From NCBI GenBank assembly GCA_038087875.1, contig JAXLNO010006061.1:124001-182940 (forward strand): 58,940 bases of DNA, read 5' to 3'. The notes beneath the pieces were generated by a model that searched no databases, had not been told where the DNA came from, and saw only the letters and a program-made list of their open reading frames with translations. This stretch comes from Malacoraja senta (taxonomy: Eukaryota). The position numbers and the translations under genes are program-made. Of the stretch, positions 36,645-48,510 are shown piece after piece; the stretch's first letter is position 1; every line of letters begins with the position of its first letter.

Positions 36645-36690
36645 ATGGGGGTCGCTGCTTATCTCTGTCTCCTTCTGTCCTGTCTGCCAG
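36645..36690 (+). pseudogene. IgW: IgW VH leader exon (MGVAAYLCLLLSCLP-G)
   Basis: 46-nt exon, GT donor at 36691, 101-bp intron, AG at 36790-36791, continues GVRS-AVVLNQ. Confidence 0.92.
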
Positions 36691-36791
36691 GTGGGCATCA
36701 CCCCCACTCGGGGCCGAGCTACTTCTTGGACACTCTTTCACCCTCTGCCTCTTCAACTTTTTATTCAACATTGTTTCTCTTTTATTGGCAG

Positions 36792-38129
36792 GCGTTCGAT
36801 CCGCGGTCGTGCTGAATCAGACCCCGACCGGGGTGGCAAAGTCTGGAGGGTCCCTCAAACTGACCTGTGCAACCAGCGGGTTCAGCCTCAGCAGCTACAC
36901 TGGGTGAAACAGGTCTCCGGGAAAGGGCTGGAGTGGGTGGCGAGGATGAGGTATAATGGTGACAAAAATTACGCGCCTGTCTTCAGCGGCCGATTCGAGG
37001 TTTCCAAGGACATCAGCAATGTAGCAATGTTACAAAATTTTGAGATTTAAAAAATAAAGTCTGCAATTTATCCCATCAGATAAAGCATAAAAAGAAGTTT
37101 AATTTGACACTTAATTCACTTTCATATCTTCAGTATTAAAAAAGTTATGGCCATTATCATACTCAGAAATTAGCATCTAGTTCCCTATTGCTTTTCCATT
37201 GACTTAACACAAAAGCTGTGATCGAGGACAGTTAAAAGCCCATAACTTTCTTAAAAATTATGATAACTGAAAGAAATTTTCAGTTATTATAGATTGAAGC
37301 ATTCTGAAACAAATATGAAACAATCTTACTTCGAAGACATGAAAGTAAAGCATATAATTAGTTAATTACCTAATTGTAGCTAATTACAAAATTCAATTAC
37401 TAGATCTAAACATCTATCAATTTCTTAAGAATAGATTAACATTTTTAAATAGCTTAAGTGTCCAAATAACATTCACACAATAATTCACAATATAACATAA
37501 TTTTTCAATCTAATTTTCATGAATTTACAGGCCAAATGGAAGGAATTGAATGTTTAATACCTGTAAATTAATGGGCATTTAATTCATTTTGCGAGTGAGG
37601 ATTTCTGGAACGCGATCTTTTGGAACATTGATTTGCGGTGAATTTAACCCCGTATTGGCATGAAAAATACTGCCGTTAATTCGGGGAATAAAATCACCGT
37701 GTCGCATGTAAAAATGTGAATTAAAGGCCTCTTAAGGAGAACGTTTATACATTAAAATAAAGCACTTTCGTTTACCTTTCCCTTGTGTGAAATCCGTCCC
37801 CGTTGTTGGCGTTGACGCTTCAGAAGATGATTTTAAAATGATTCCAACGCTGAACTTGTTGGGAGATTTTTAAAACAAACTACGCAAAACGGCACTCGGA
37901 ACGCTTCTTCCAGAGAAGCTGGTACTCCAACAAAGTATAATTCAGGACAAGGGAGGAGAAACCCGCGCTTTAACCCCGCCTCCCCTTAAAGGCGCCAAAA
38001 TCGCGCACACGGCCAGTGACAGAATTACAGCGCCGCTGAAGGCAAGTATTTTAACATACCTAAGCAATGTCTATCTCCAAATGAACGGCCTGAGACTGGA
38101 CGACAACGGCCACCTATTACTGTGCGAGA
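36792..38129 (+). pseudogene. IgW: IgW VH segment, interrupted by a transposon and two frameshifts
   Basis: AVVLNQTPTGVAKSGGSLKLTC ATSGFSLSSY / WVKQVSGKGLEWVA RMRYNGDKNYAPVFSGRFEVSKDISN [insertion 37022-38062] VYLQMNGLRLDD / TATYYCAR; CDR1 deletion at ~36899, extra A at ~38105. Confidence 0.92.
37022..38062 (+). mobile_element. 1.04-kb non-autonomous TIR DNA transposon in V framework 3
   Basis: Ends TAGCAATGTTA...TAACATACCTA (imperfect TIR); target duplication agcaatg 37015-37021 / 38063-38069 (7 bp; 8 bp under an alternative parse); no transposase ORF. Confidence 0.85.
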
Positions 38130-38170
38130 TGACAACTGGGGTGCAGGAACCTCGCTGACAGTGACTTCAG
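38130..38170 (+). pseudogene. IgW: JH segment fused directly to V (T-GAC AAC TGG GGT GCA GGA ACC TCG CTG ACA GTG ACT TCA G = DNWGAGTSLTVTS)
   Basis: WGxG motif; donor G|GTAAGA at 38171; no RSS between V and J; out of frame with CAR by 1 nt. Confidence 0.92.
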
Positions 38171-38879
38171 GTAAGACCAATTCCTCAATTCCATTTTACC
38201 CAGTTGTGTTTCATTAATTTATGGTCTTTGGAAATTCTGTAATTGACCTGAACTCGGTGAGATATTTGGAACAATTGCACGGATTTCCCGGAGACTGGCG
38301 GGTTTCTGCAGAGTTAGAATCTACCCAGCAACAGTACATTTCCCACCGCGTTGAACTGCCCCACAGGCTGTTCTTTCCCTGAGTCTCGCCATCATCTATC
38401 TTGTGCATGCCGACCAAGCTGGTTTTCTGGGCTCGTCCCTTTGGCCACATATCCTTCTCATCCATATATCGGATTTGTTTGATAATAAGAATTCTATCTA
38501 CTTTTATAGTTTCCTCTGGCAATTCATTCCAGATACTGCCTATTGAAGGCAGTCTGCCAAAAGCCACCCCAGCTCCCTGTCCACCTAACTCGCCACTCTC
38601 AGCGAACCATGCCCCTGCATTTCCACATCTGTCTGTTCTACAACACTCTCCGGGCTCTACCATTTAATGTGTAAGTCCAGCCCTGGTTTGATCGACCAAA
38701 GTTCAACACCCCCTCACAAGTCAGAGTTAAATTCCATTTGGCATTCCTTGGCTCACCTTCCCAGCTGATCTAGATCTTTTGGTAAACTTATCCTTCCTCA
38801 CTGTCCACTCGGTCACTGATTTTGGTGTCATCTGCAAATTTACTATCAATGTCCACTATATTGTATGGCAAACTGTTAA

Positions 38880-39530
38880 TCAGATTCAGATTCAGATTAT
38901 TTAATGACCACACAGTCAAGCTGGTGGAATTCATGTTCAGTACAGGATGTTACACAATAGGCTGATTCCCGTCAAACATAACATAAAACACAACAACATA
39001 CAGTATACAGTACATGCACAAGGTGGCTATGTGATGTTGTCATAGAGTGTTCAGAGTTCGAATTGCATATGGGTAGAAACTGTTTTTAAATCGTGATGTT
39101 TTGGCGGGCAGTGAGCTGTAGCGCCTTCCTGACGGCAGCAGGTGGAAGATGTGGTGAGCTGGGTGGGAGGGATCAGAAATGATTTTCTTCACCCTTGACA
39201 CAGACCGTTTGAGATTGAGTGAATCTATTGATGGGAGGGGGTGCTGATGATTTTGGATGCTTTGTTGACAATGCGCTGTAGTTTATTACGGGAGTGAGTG
39301 TCTAAGCTGCTGTACCAAACTGTTATTGATGAAGTGAGCATGAAGTGATGAAGATGATGGCTGTGTAAAATCGGATTAGGAGATGTTTCCTCACTGAACT
39401 TCTTGAGCTGACGGAGGAAGAAAAGTCTTTGATTGGCTTTTTTATAAATGTGATCTGAATTGATTTTCCATTTGAGGTTATTGCTTATGTGAGTGCCAAG
39501 AAATTTTAATGTAGATAACAAACAACAGTG
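38880..39530 (-). mobile_element. Rex1/Babar-like LINE 3' end
   Basis: KFLGTHISNNLKW..KANQRLFFLRQL in ORF 39225-39521; (atctga)n tail. Confidence 0.8.
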
Positions 39531-39539
39531 GTCTCAGCA

Positions 39540-40620
39540 CTGACCCCTGCAGCAGTCCACTTTCTCCAAGCTAATTTAGCTCATGTTGGGTTTCATATGA
39601 TCTAACCTTCCACGCCAGCCCACCATGCCAGACCTATCAGGTTCATGAGGCACAATTTCCCAAACACAAGCCATGCAGTCCCTAATCCTTGGCCCACCCT
39701 ACCAAGTGATCTAGATCTTCGTGTAAACTTAGGACTATCCCTAATCAGTCCGTGCCTGTCCAAATACTGGTAGTTCCTGTCATGAAGGACATTCCCACCA
39801 ATGACGTCAGGCTCACTGGTGCAGATCCCTGGCTTGGCCCTAATGTCCTTCTTCAATTACACTTCAGTATCAGCCACCCTCCAGTCATTTGGAGATTAAT
39901 CTGCAGCGGAAGATGATGTAAATACCTCTGACGGAAAGTACATTATTTTCCTGAGCTTCCCACAAGATCAGAGGATGCAGTTGTAAGGCACTGGGGATTT
40001 ATCCACCGTAATGCACTTGAACGCTGCCATTAGCTCCTCTTTGGTCATTTGGTTATGATCTAAGACATCACAACTCCTATGATTCAACTCATTAGCTTCC
40101 ATGATCTTCTCATTAGTTACTGCGGATAGGAAATATTCATTTAATATCTCGCCCATCTCTTGCGTCTACACGAAGGTGGCCATGCTGATCTGAATTTTAA
40201 GGGGACCTATTCTTCCCCAAACTACTTTATCGTTATTTGACTATAGAGTCCCTCTTAGGGTTTTCCTTGACCTTGCCTGTCAGAACCATTTCATGGCCTC
40301 TTTATTGCCCAAGTGCATTCTTTAGTGTGTTCCTACGCTTCTTATACCCACTGAGGCATTCGCTTGAGCACGACAGCCTTAATCTGAGGTATGTCTCCTG
40401 CTTTTATCTGACCAGAGACTCAACATCACTCAAAAACCAGGATGCCATGAACGTGCCAGACTTGCCCTTCACCCTAACATTAATAAGCTGCCCCTGCACT
40501 CTGGCTATCCCACTTTTGAAAGCCTCCCACATGTCAGCCATCCCCTAACCACTAATAGACTCTCCCAAACAAACTCTGCAAGTTCCAGACCAATGCTTCC
40601 AAAATCAGCCTTAACTCAGT
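39540..40620 (-). mobile_element. Old degenerate CR1 fragments
   Basis: MGEILNEYF..TVDKSP; YLDRHGLIRDS. Confidence 0.65.
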
Positions 40621-40681
40621 TAGGATCTTCATTTGTGGGCCAGTTTCATGCTTCTCGATAACTACTTTAAAACTAGTAGAG

Positions 40682-40925
40682 GTGTAGGACGTAACTGCAG
40701 ATGCTGGTTTAAACTGAAGATAGATACAAAAAGCTGGAATAACTCAGCGGGTCAAACAGCATCTCTGGAGAGAGGGAAACGGTGACATTTAGGGTCGAGA
40801 CCCTTCAGATTGAGAGTCAGGGGAAAGGACTCTCAGGCTCAAGAAGTCTTGACCTGAAACACCATCTATTCCTTTTCTCCAGAGATGCTGTCTGACCTGT
40901 AGAGGCACTCTAGCTTTTTGTGTTT
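40682..40925. mobile_element. Head-to-head inverted pair of Penelope-type repeats
   Basis: Minus copy 40682-40808, plus copy ~40841-40925, central hairpin tgagagtc/gactctca. Confidence 0.65.
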
Positions 40926-41289
40926 AAAACTGGAAGAACTATGGTCACTGGTCTAAAAATGCTTCCACACTGACATCTCATCCCTTGCCTCATATCTGAA
41001 GCGGAGGTTTAGTGTTGTATTCTCTATAGCGGTTCCAGCAGAACCCTCTTTGAGTTGATTAAGGAATCTTTCTGAGATGCGGTTAACAAATTCTATCTCA
41101 TCCTAGCACTTAATATTGTGGGATACCCAGTCAATATGAGGGAAGTTTAAATCGCCCACTAATACCACACTATTATTCATCCAACTCAGCTAAAGGACAA
41201 GTACGGACACAATCAGATGAATGGCCCCGTTCTGTGCTCTGAGATTCAATGAATCTATTATTTATTTTGTAAATCCAGTTGCAGTTGTA

Positions 41290-42570
41290 TCAGATTACTA
41301 TCTAAATGGTGTCAAGTTGGGAAAAGGGGAAGTACAACGGGATCTGGGGGTCCTTGTTCATCAGTCTATGAAAGTAAGCATGCAGGTACAGCAGGCAGTG
41401 AAGAAAGCGAATGGCATGTTGGCCTTTATAACAAGAGGAATCGAATATAGGAGCAAAGAGGTCCTTCTGCAGTTGTACAGAGCCCTAGTGAGACCACACC
41501 TGGAGTATTGTGTGCAGTTTTGGTCCCCTAATTTGAGGAAGGACATTCTTGCTATTGAGGGAATGCAGTGTAGGTTTAATTCCCGGGATGGCAGGACTGT
41601 CATATGCTGAGAGAATGGTGCAGCTGGGCTTGTACACTCTGGAGTTTAGAAGGATGAGAGGAGATCTCATTGAAACATATAAGATCGTTAAGGGTTTGGA
41701 CACGCTAGAGGCAGGAAACATGTTGCGGGAGTCCAGAACCAGGGGCCACAGTTTAAGAATAAGGAGTAAGCCATTTAGAACGGAGACGAGGAAACACTTT
41801 TTCTCACAGAGTTGTGAGTCTGTGGAATTCTCTGCCTCAGAGGGCGGTGGAGGCAGGTTCTCTGGATGCTTTCAAGAGAGCTAGATAGGGCTCTTAAAAA
41901 TAGCGGAGTCAGGGAATATGGGGAGAAGACAGGAACGGGGTACTGATCGGGGATGATCAGCCATGATCACATTGAATGGCGGTGCTGGCTCGAAGGGCTG
42001 AAGGGCGTACTCCTGCAACTATTGTCTATTGTCTAAGACATTGGTGAGACCGCATTTAGAATATTGTGTTCAGTTCTGGGCACCATGTTATAGGAAAGAT
42101 ATTGTCAAGCTAGAAAGGGTTCTGAAAAGTTTTACGAGGATGTTGCCAGGACTAGAGGGTGTGAGCTGTAGGGAGAGGTTGAGTAGGCTGGGTCTCTGTT
42201 CCATGGCGCATGAGGATGAGGGGAGATCTTATAGAGGTATACAAAATCATTAGATGCACGGATTCTTTTACCCAGAGTAGGGGAATCGAGGACATAGGTT
42301 CAAGGTGAAGGGGAAAAGATTTAATAGGAATCCGAGAGGTAACTTTTGCACACAAAGGGTGGTGGGCGTATGGAACAAGCTGCCAGAGGAGGTAGTTGAG
42401 GTTGGGACTATCCCATCGTTTTATGAACCAGTTGGACAGGTACATGGGTAGGACGGGTTTGGATGGTTATGGACCAAGCGCAGGCAAGTGGGACTAGTGT
42501 AGCTAGGATATTGTTGGCCGGTGTGGACGAGTTGGGCCGAAGGGCCTGTTTCCACACTGTATCACTCTAT
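41290..42570 (+). mobile_element. Two tandem CR1 3' ends (41290-41985, 42030-42570)
   Basis: [11 protein letters not shown] motifs and CR1 UTR tails. Confidence 0.88.
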
Positions 42571-42770
42571 GACTCAATGTCTCCAATACCTGCTCCCGCA
42601 AAGAGATCCCATCAAACATATCCAGGTCAGACAAAGCACGAGTCAAATGCAGAATATATCTCCCCGTGTCACTGTGCTGTCAGCTACAGATTAGATACAA
42701 CATTCCATCTGTCCTATCCCAACGCTCCCAGGGAAAGGACAGCACAGGTTAGAAAAGGAGTGAGGCTCCC

Positions 42771-42882
42771 TCCAACCTGTCCCCACACACACCCAGGTTA
42801 CAGGTTAGTCACTGAGTGAAGTTCCCTCCAACCTGTCCCCACACACACCCAGGTTACAGGTTAGTCACTGAGTGAAGTTCCC
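42771..42882. repeat. Exact 56-bp tandem duplication in the J-CH1 intron
   Basis: tccaacctgtccccacacacacccaggttacaggttagtcactgagtgaagttccc x2. Confidence 0.9.
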
Positions 42883-43719
42883 TTTACACTGTTACATACT
42901 CCCAGTGCAGGGACAGAGTGTTTGACACATAGTCAAGCTCCCTCTACATTGCTCTGTCAAACACTCCTTGTTTCAGAACACAGAAGGTTCTCTAGATTGT
43001 AAAACAAATTGATGCTGTTTGGTTCAAAAACAAAGGTTCACAACAATGAATGATTTGAACATAATGAGAGAATGTTGTACATGGTTCTGGATGTGGGGTT
43101 TAGTACACCAGGTTTTCTTTGCATCTTGTATTGAATTTCAACATTTAGAGATCCTTAGTAAGTCAATACCTTTTATTCTTCATTGTGAATTCACTGATGG
43201 TCGTAGATTAGATTCTGAGTCCAGTTACTTGGTGTTTTTGATGTGAGTTTTGCTGCACAAAAGAACTGCTTTTTCTCAGTTCACAGACAGAGGAATGGCT
43301 CTAATTTCTGGGTTTGTCCAACATGTGCTTTGCTCCTTTAACCAGGGCTGCTGGTGTCTCAGTGAATCTCAGTGGTCATTCACAGAGCACCTTTCATGGT
43401 GTCCCCGCACCTTTCATAGGCAGCGAGGGATGTTCACAGTACAGCCGTGTTGTAATGAATGAATGGATGAATAAGTTTATTGGCCAAGTATTCACATACA
43501 AGGAATTTGCCTTGGTGCTCCGCCCGCAAGTGACAACGACATACAGTGACAGTTAGGAATGACATGTAAAATAGTAAATATTAATAATAAAACATTGATT
43601 AAACATGTGAATTAATTATAATACCAGAGCAAAAGGAGGGTACAGATTTTTGGTTATTGAGTAGAGCCACTACTCGTGGAAAAAAAACTGTTTTTATATC
43701 TGGCTGTGGCAGCTTTGAC

Positions 43720-44515
43720 AGTCACTTTGGTGGCAAAAACAGGAAAGTAGACTATTACCTGAATGGTGGCCGATTAGGAAAAGGGGAGATGCAACGAGAC
43801 CTGGGTGTCATGGTGCACCAGTCATTGAAAGTGGGCATGCAGGTGCAGCAGGGAGTGAGAAAGCGAATGGTATGTTAGCATTCATAGCAAAAGGATTTGA
43901 GTATAGGAGCAGGGAGGTTCTACTGCAGTTGTACAGGGTCTTGGTGAGACCACACTTGGAGTATTGTGTACAGTTTTGGTCTCCTAATCTGAGGAAGGAC
44001 ATTCTTGCCATAGAGGGAGTACAGAGAAGGTTCACCAGAGTGATTCCTGGGATGTCAGGAATTTCATATGAGGAAAGACTGGATAGACTCGGCTTGTACT
44101 CGCTGGAATTTAAAAGACTGAGGGGGGATCTTATAGAAGCTTACAAAATTCTTAAGGGGTTGGACAGGCTAGATGCAGGAAGATTGTTCCCGATGTTGGG
44201 GGAGTCCAGAACAAGGGGTCACAGTTTAAGGATAAAGGGGAAATCTTTTAGGACTGAGATGAGAAAAAAAAAATTACACAAAGATTGGTGAATCTGTGGA
44301 ATTCTCTGCCACAGAATGTAGTTGAGGCCAGTTCATTGGCTATATTTAAGAGGGAGTTTGTGGCCCTTGTGGCTAAAGGGATCATGGGGTATGGAGAGAA
44401 AGCAGGTACAGGATACTGAGTTGGATGATCAGCCATGATCATATTGAATGGCGGTGCAGCTCGAAGGGCCGAATGGCCTACTCCTGCACCTATTTTCTAT
44501 GTTTCTATGTTTCTA
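43720..44515 (+). mobile_element. CR1 3' end
   Basis: ORF 43872-44291; (tttctatg)n tail. Confidence 0.9.
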
Positions 44516-45472
44516 TGTGACATGGCTGTGGTTGTGGCTCACATTGTAATCTCTGGCTGGCAGTGCTTTCTTCAGGTCGCTGCCACTGACAGGGTGCACG
44601 CTCACCATGCGGCACCCTCTCCTCTCACCAGCTGCTGCTTCCAAGGTGCAGTATGTTGGTGACTCCAGGGAGAAGGAGGAGGAGATGGCGGTGGAACAGG
44701 GAGTGGACAGCAGCAGGTGGGAGGGGAGGGAGCCTCATGGTGACCAAGCACGTCCTGTCGAGGATGGCAGCTTGAAGAAAGTGCTCATCCCGGGGGCTCC
44801 GTGAGCCGCAACAACACCAGCATCATGGACCATATGGTGGTGGGTGAAGAAGGGCTCACTTGCGAGTCGGAGGTGGTTGGAAGCCGGGGCTCTAAGCGGT
44901 CAGGAGCCATACGTGCAAGGATGGTATTGGCAGGTCCGTCTGCTATATCCAAAATCTGTTATAATGGGGTCTGTTAAAATGAGGGATTACTGTATCTCAA
45001 TTCCCTGACTCATGAAGAGCTTTTTTTACCAACCTATTTACCTGTGACAACGCTTCCTGGGATCTGTGTACCTGTACTCCAAGATCCCTTAGTTGTACAA
45101 CACTCCCCGGGCCCCAGCATTGAGGAAGGTCCACAACAGGCCAGATCCAGCACCATTTGGCCCGGTGCGTGTGGATATGGTCCATCTGGCATCGTACCAT
45201 GTGCTTCCTGACCTGGGATACATGACCCAGAGCACAGGCCGGTTTGTCCCTCTGGTTGGCAGAAGTTGCTTCGCCAGTGTGAGATCAGCATTTCACTGCT
45301 TGGTCATGCACGGTGTGAAAGGGATTGGGGAAAGGAACCAATTCTCTGTTCTGCCTGGCCTTCTCTCAGCCTGAATCACCTGCATTTACTCAGCAATCAG
45401 CATGAACCTGTTGCATGCGCTGGTAATAATCCATTTACTACAGAACCAATTGTTAATTTATTTACTTTTCAG

Positions 45473-45781
45473 AGATTAAGACCTTGCCTTCAGTCCACAT
45501 CACCTCTTCCTGCAACACAGAATCTGACCAAGAGATCAGCATCCTCTGTCTGGTCAAGGACTACCAGCCTGAGATCATCAGTCAGACATGGTCCACCAGC
45601 AGTGGGGACATCACCACTGGAATCACAAAGTACCCACCTGTGTTGGGACAAAACAACATGTACACAATGAGCAGCTTGCTGCGAGTCCCTGTGGCAGATT
45701 GGAACAAGAAAAACGTCTACTACTGCAAGGCAGGATACAAGCTGGACAACATGGTGAGAACGGAGTTCCAGAAGCCTCAAG
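45473..45781 (+). CDS. IgW: IgW (IgX) heavy-chain CH1 exon, intact
   Basis: 309 nt, phase 1-1, ttttcAG acceptor and G|GTTAGT donor; EIKTLPSVHITSSC..ISILCLVKDYQPEIISQTW..KYPPVL..MSSLLRVPVADWNKKNVYYCKAGY; closely matches recalled skate IgX CH1. Confidence 0.93.
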
Positions 45782-46129
45782 GTTAGTATGAGATTTTGTT
45801 GTCCATTTAAAGCTAATGATAGAACTGAAGTGGAAGCCTTTGTCGAACAATGTAGGAGGAAGCCAATTAATTATTTTGCTCATTCATTCTCCTCCTATCA
45901 GCCAGAGTGCTGCTGCACAAGGAAAAAGACAGTGAGAATTTATGTGGAAGGAGATAATGGTGGGGGGTGGGGTGTTCACGGAGGAAGCATCTCGTCTTGA
46001 ACTGCCTCCATTCTATCCACTGCTTTGTCTAATTCCTGCAGCTCTCTACCACCCCAAACACCTCCCTGTAGATCAGCTGCTGTGCACAGTCACACCTATT
46101 GTGCCCATGCACAGTGTGGAGATTGAAAC

Positions 46130-48185
46130 CATATATAATAACCATATAACCATTACAGCACGGAAACAGGCCATCTCGGCCCTTCAAATCCGTGCCCAAC
46201 ACTTTTTTTTCCTTCTTTTTTTTCCCCCCTTCTTGCTTCTTACTTCCCCCTAGTCCCATCTACAGTACCTGCACTCAGACCATAACCCTCCATTCCTTTC
46301 CCGTCCATATACCCATCCAATCTATTTTTAAAGGATAAAATCGAACCTGCCTCCACCACTTCCACTGGAAGCTCATTCCACACAGCTACCACTCTCTGAG
46401 TAAAGAAGTTCCCCCTAATGTTCCCCCTAAACTTCTGTCCCTTAATTCTCAAGTCATGTCCCCTTGTTTGAATCTTCCCTACTCTCAATGGGAAAAGCTT
46501 ATCCACGTCCACTCTGTCTAACCCGCTCATCATTTTAAAGACTTCTATCAAGTCCCCTCTTAACCTTCTGCGCTCCAAAGAATAAAGACCTAACTTGTTC
46601 AACCTTTCTCTGTAACTTAGTTGCTGAAACCCAGGCAGCATTCTAGTAAATCTCCTCTGTACTCTCTCTATTTTGTTGACATCCTTCCTATAATTAGGCG
46701 ACCAAAATTGTACTCCATACTCCAGAATTGGCCTCACCAATGCCTTGTACAATTTTAACATTACATCCCAACTTCTATACTCAATGCTCTGATTTATAAA
46801 GGCCAGCACACCAAAAGCTTTCTTTACCACCCTATCTACAGTACATGAGATTCCACCTTCAGGGAACTATGCACAGTTATTCCTAGATCCCTCTGTTCAA
46901 CTGCATTCCTCAATTCGCTACCATTTACCATGTACGTCCTATTTTGATTTGTCCTGCCGAGATGTAGTACCTCACATTTATCAGCATTAAACTCCATCTG
47001 CCATCTTTCAGCCCACTCTGCCAAATGGCCTAAATCTCTCTGTAGACTTTGAAAATCTACTTCATTATCCACAACACCACCTATCTTAGTATCATCTGCA
47101 TACTTACTAATCAAATTTTCAACACCATCATCCAGATCATTGATGTACATGACAAACAACAGTGGACCCAACACAGACCGCTGAGGCAGCCCACTAGTCA
47201 CCGGCCTCCAACCTGACAAACAGCCACTGTTGAATCCATCTTGCTACTCCACCATTAATACCCAACAATTGAATCTTCTTAACTAACCTTCCATGAGGAA
47301 CCTTGTCAAAGGCCTTACTGAAGTCCATATAGACAACATCCACTGCTTTACCCTCATCAATTTCCCTAGTAACCTCTTCGAAAAATTCAAGAAGATTAGT
47401 CAAACATGACCTTCCAGGCACAAATCCATGTTGACTGTTCCTAATCAGACCCTGCTTATCCAGATGCTTATATATATTATCTTTAAGTATCCTTTCCATT
47501 AATTTGCCCACCACTGACGTCAAACTAACAGGTCTATAATTGCTAGGTTTACTCTTCGAACCCTTTTTAAACAACGGAACAACATGCGCAGTACGCCAAT
47601 CCTCCGGCACTATTCCCGTTTCTAATGACATTTGAAATATTTCTGTCATAGCCCCTGCTATTTCTACACTAACTTCCCTCAATGTCCTAGGGAATATCCT
47701 GTCAGGACCTGGAGACTTATCCGTTTTCATATTTTTCAAAAGTGTCCGCACCTCCTCTTCTTTGAATCTCACAGTTTCCATTGCTACTCTGCTTGTTTCC
47801 CTTACCTCACATAATTCCATATCCTTCTCCTTGGTGAATACCGAAGAAAAGAAATTGTTCAATATCTCCCCCATCTCTTTTGGCTCTGCAGATAGCTGTC
47901 CACTCTGACTCTCTAATGGACCAATTTTATTCCTTGTTATCCTTTTGCTATTAATATAGCTGTAGAAACCCTTTGGATTTACTTTCACCTTACTTGCCAA
48001 AGCAACCTCATATCTTCTTTTAGCTTTTCTAATTTATTTCTTAATATTCTTTTTACATTCTTTATACTCCTCAAGCACCTCATTTACTCCATGCTGCCTA
48101 TAATTATTGTAGATCTCTCTCTTTTTCCGAACCGTGTCCAATTTCCCTTGAAAACCATGGCTATTTCCAATTTTTACTATTTCCT
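46130..48185 (-). mobile_element. Young CR1, 3' two-thirds
   Basis: ORFs 46240-46830, 46836-47219, 47194-48000; near-identical to the 21-23 kb copy. Confidence 0.92.
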
Positions 48186-48386
48186 TCCTCACTCTTCCTG
48201 CAGTTTCCCTTCAACCCTGCAGCCAACCCCTCACCAAGTGAAATCCAGTCTCCTTGAGGAAATGACATGAATCTGCTTCCACTCTCACTTTTAACCACTG
48301 CCAGTTCTGATCAAATCATTGCTGCCATAAAAAAATATGTTTCTCGTCCATCTGACCTCCTTTCCTATTAAACTTAAAGTTGTGTC

Positions 48387-48510
48387 AGAAGGAATTGCAG
48401 ATGTTGGTTTAAAGTGAAGATAGACAGCTGGAGTAACTCAGCGGGTCAGACAGCATCTCTGGAGAAATGGAGTTGGTGACGTTTTGGGTCGAGACCCTTC
48501 TTCAGACTGA
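48387..48510 (-). mobile_element. Penelope-type repeat, GAAA mutated to AAAA
   Basis: CTGAAGAagggtctcgaccc-AAAA-cgtc. Confidence 0.65.

Noticed and set aside
36645-38170. Processed (retrotransposed) pseudogene origin of the joined V-J
   Set aside because: Leader intron and the 7.3-kb J-CH1 intron are retained; no poly(A) or TSD around the gene.
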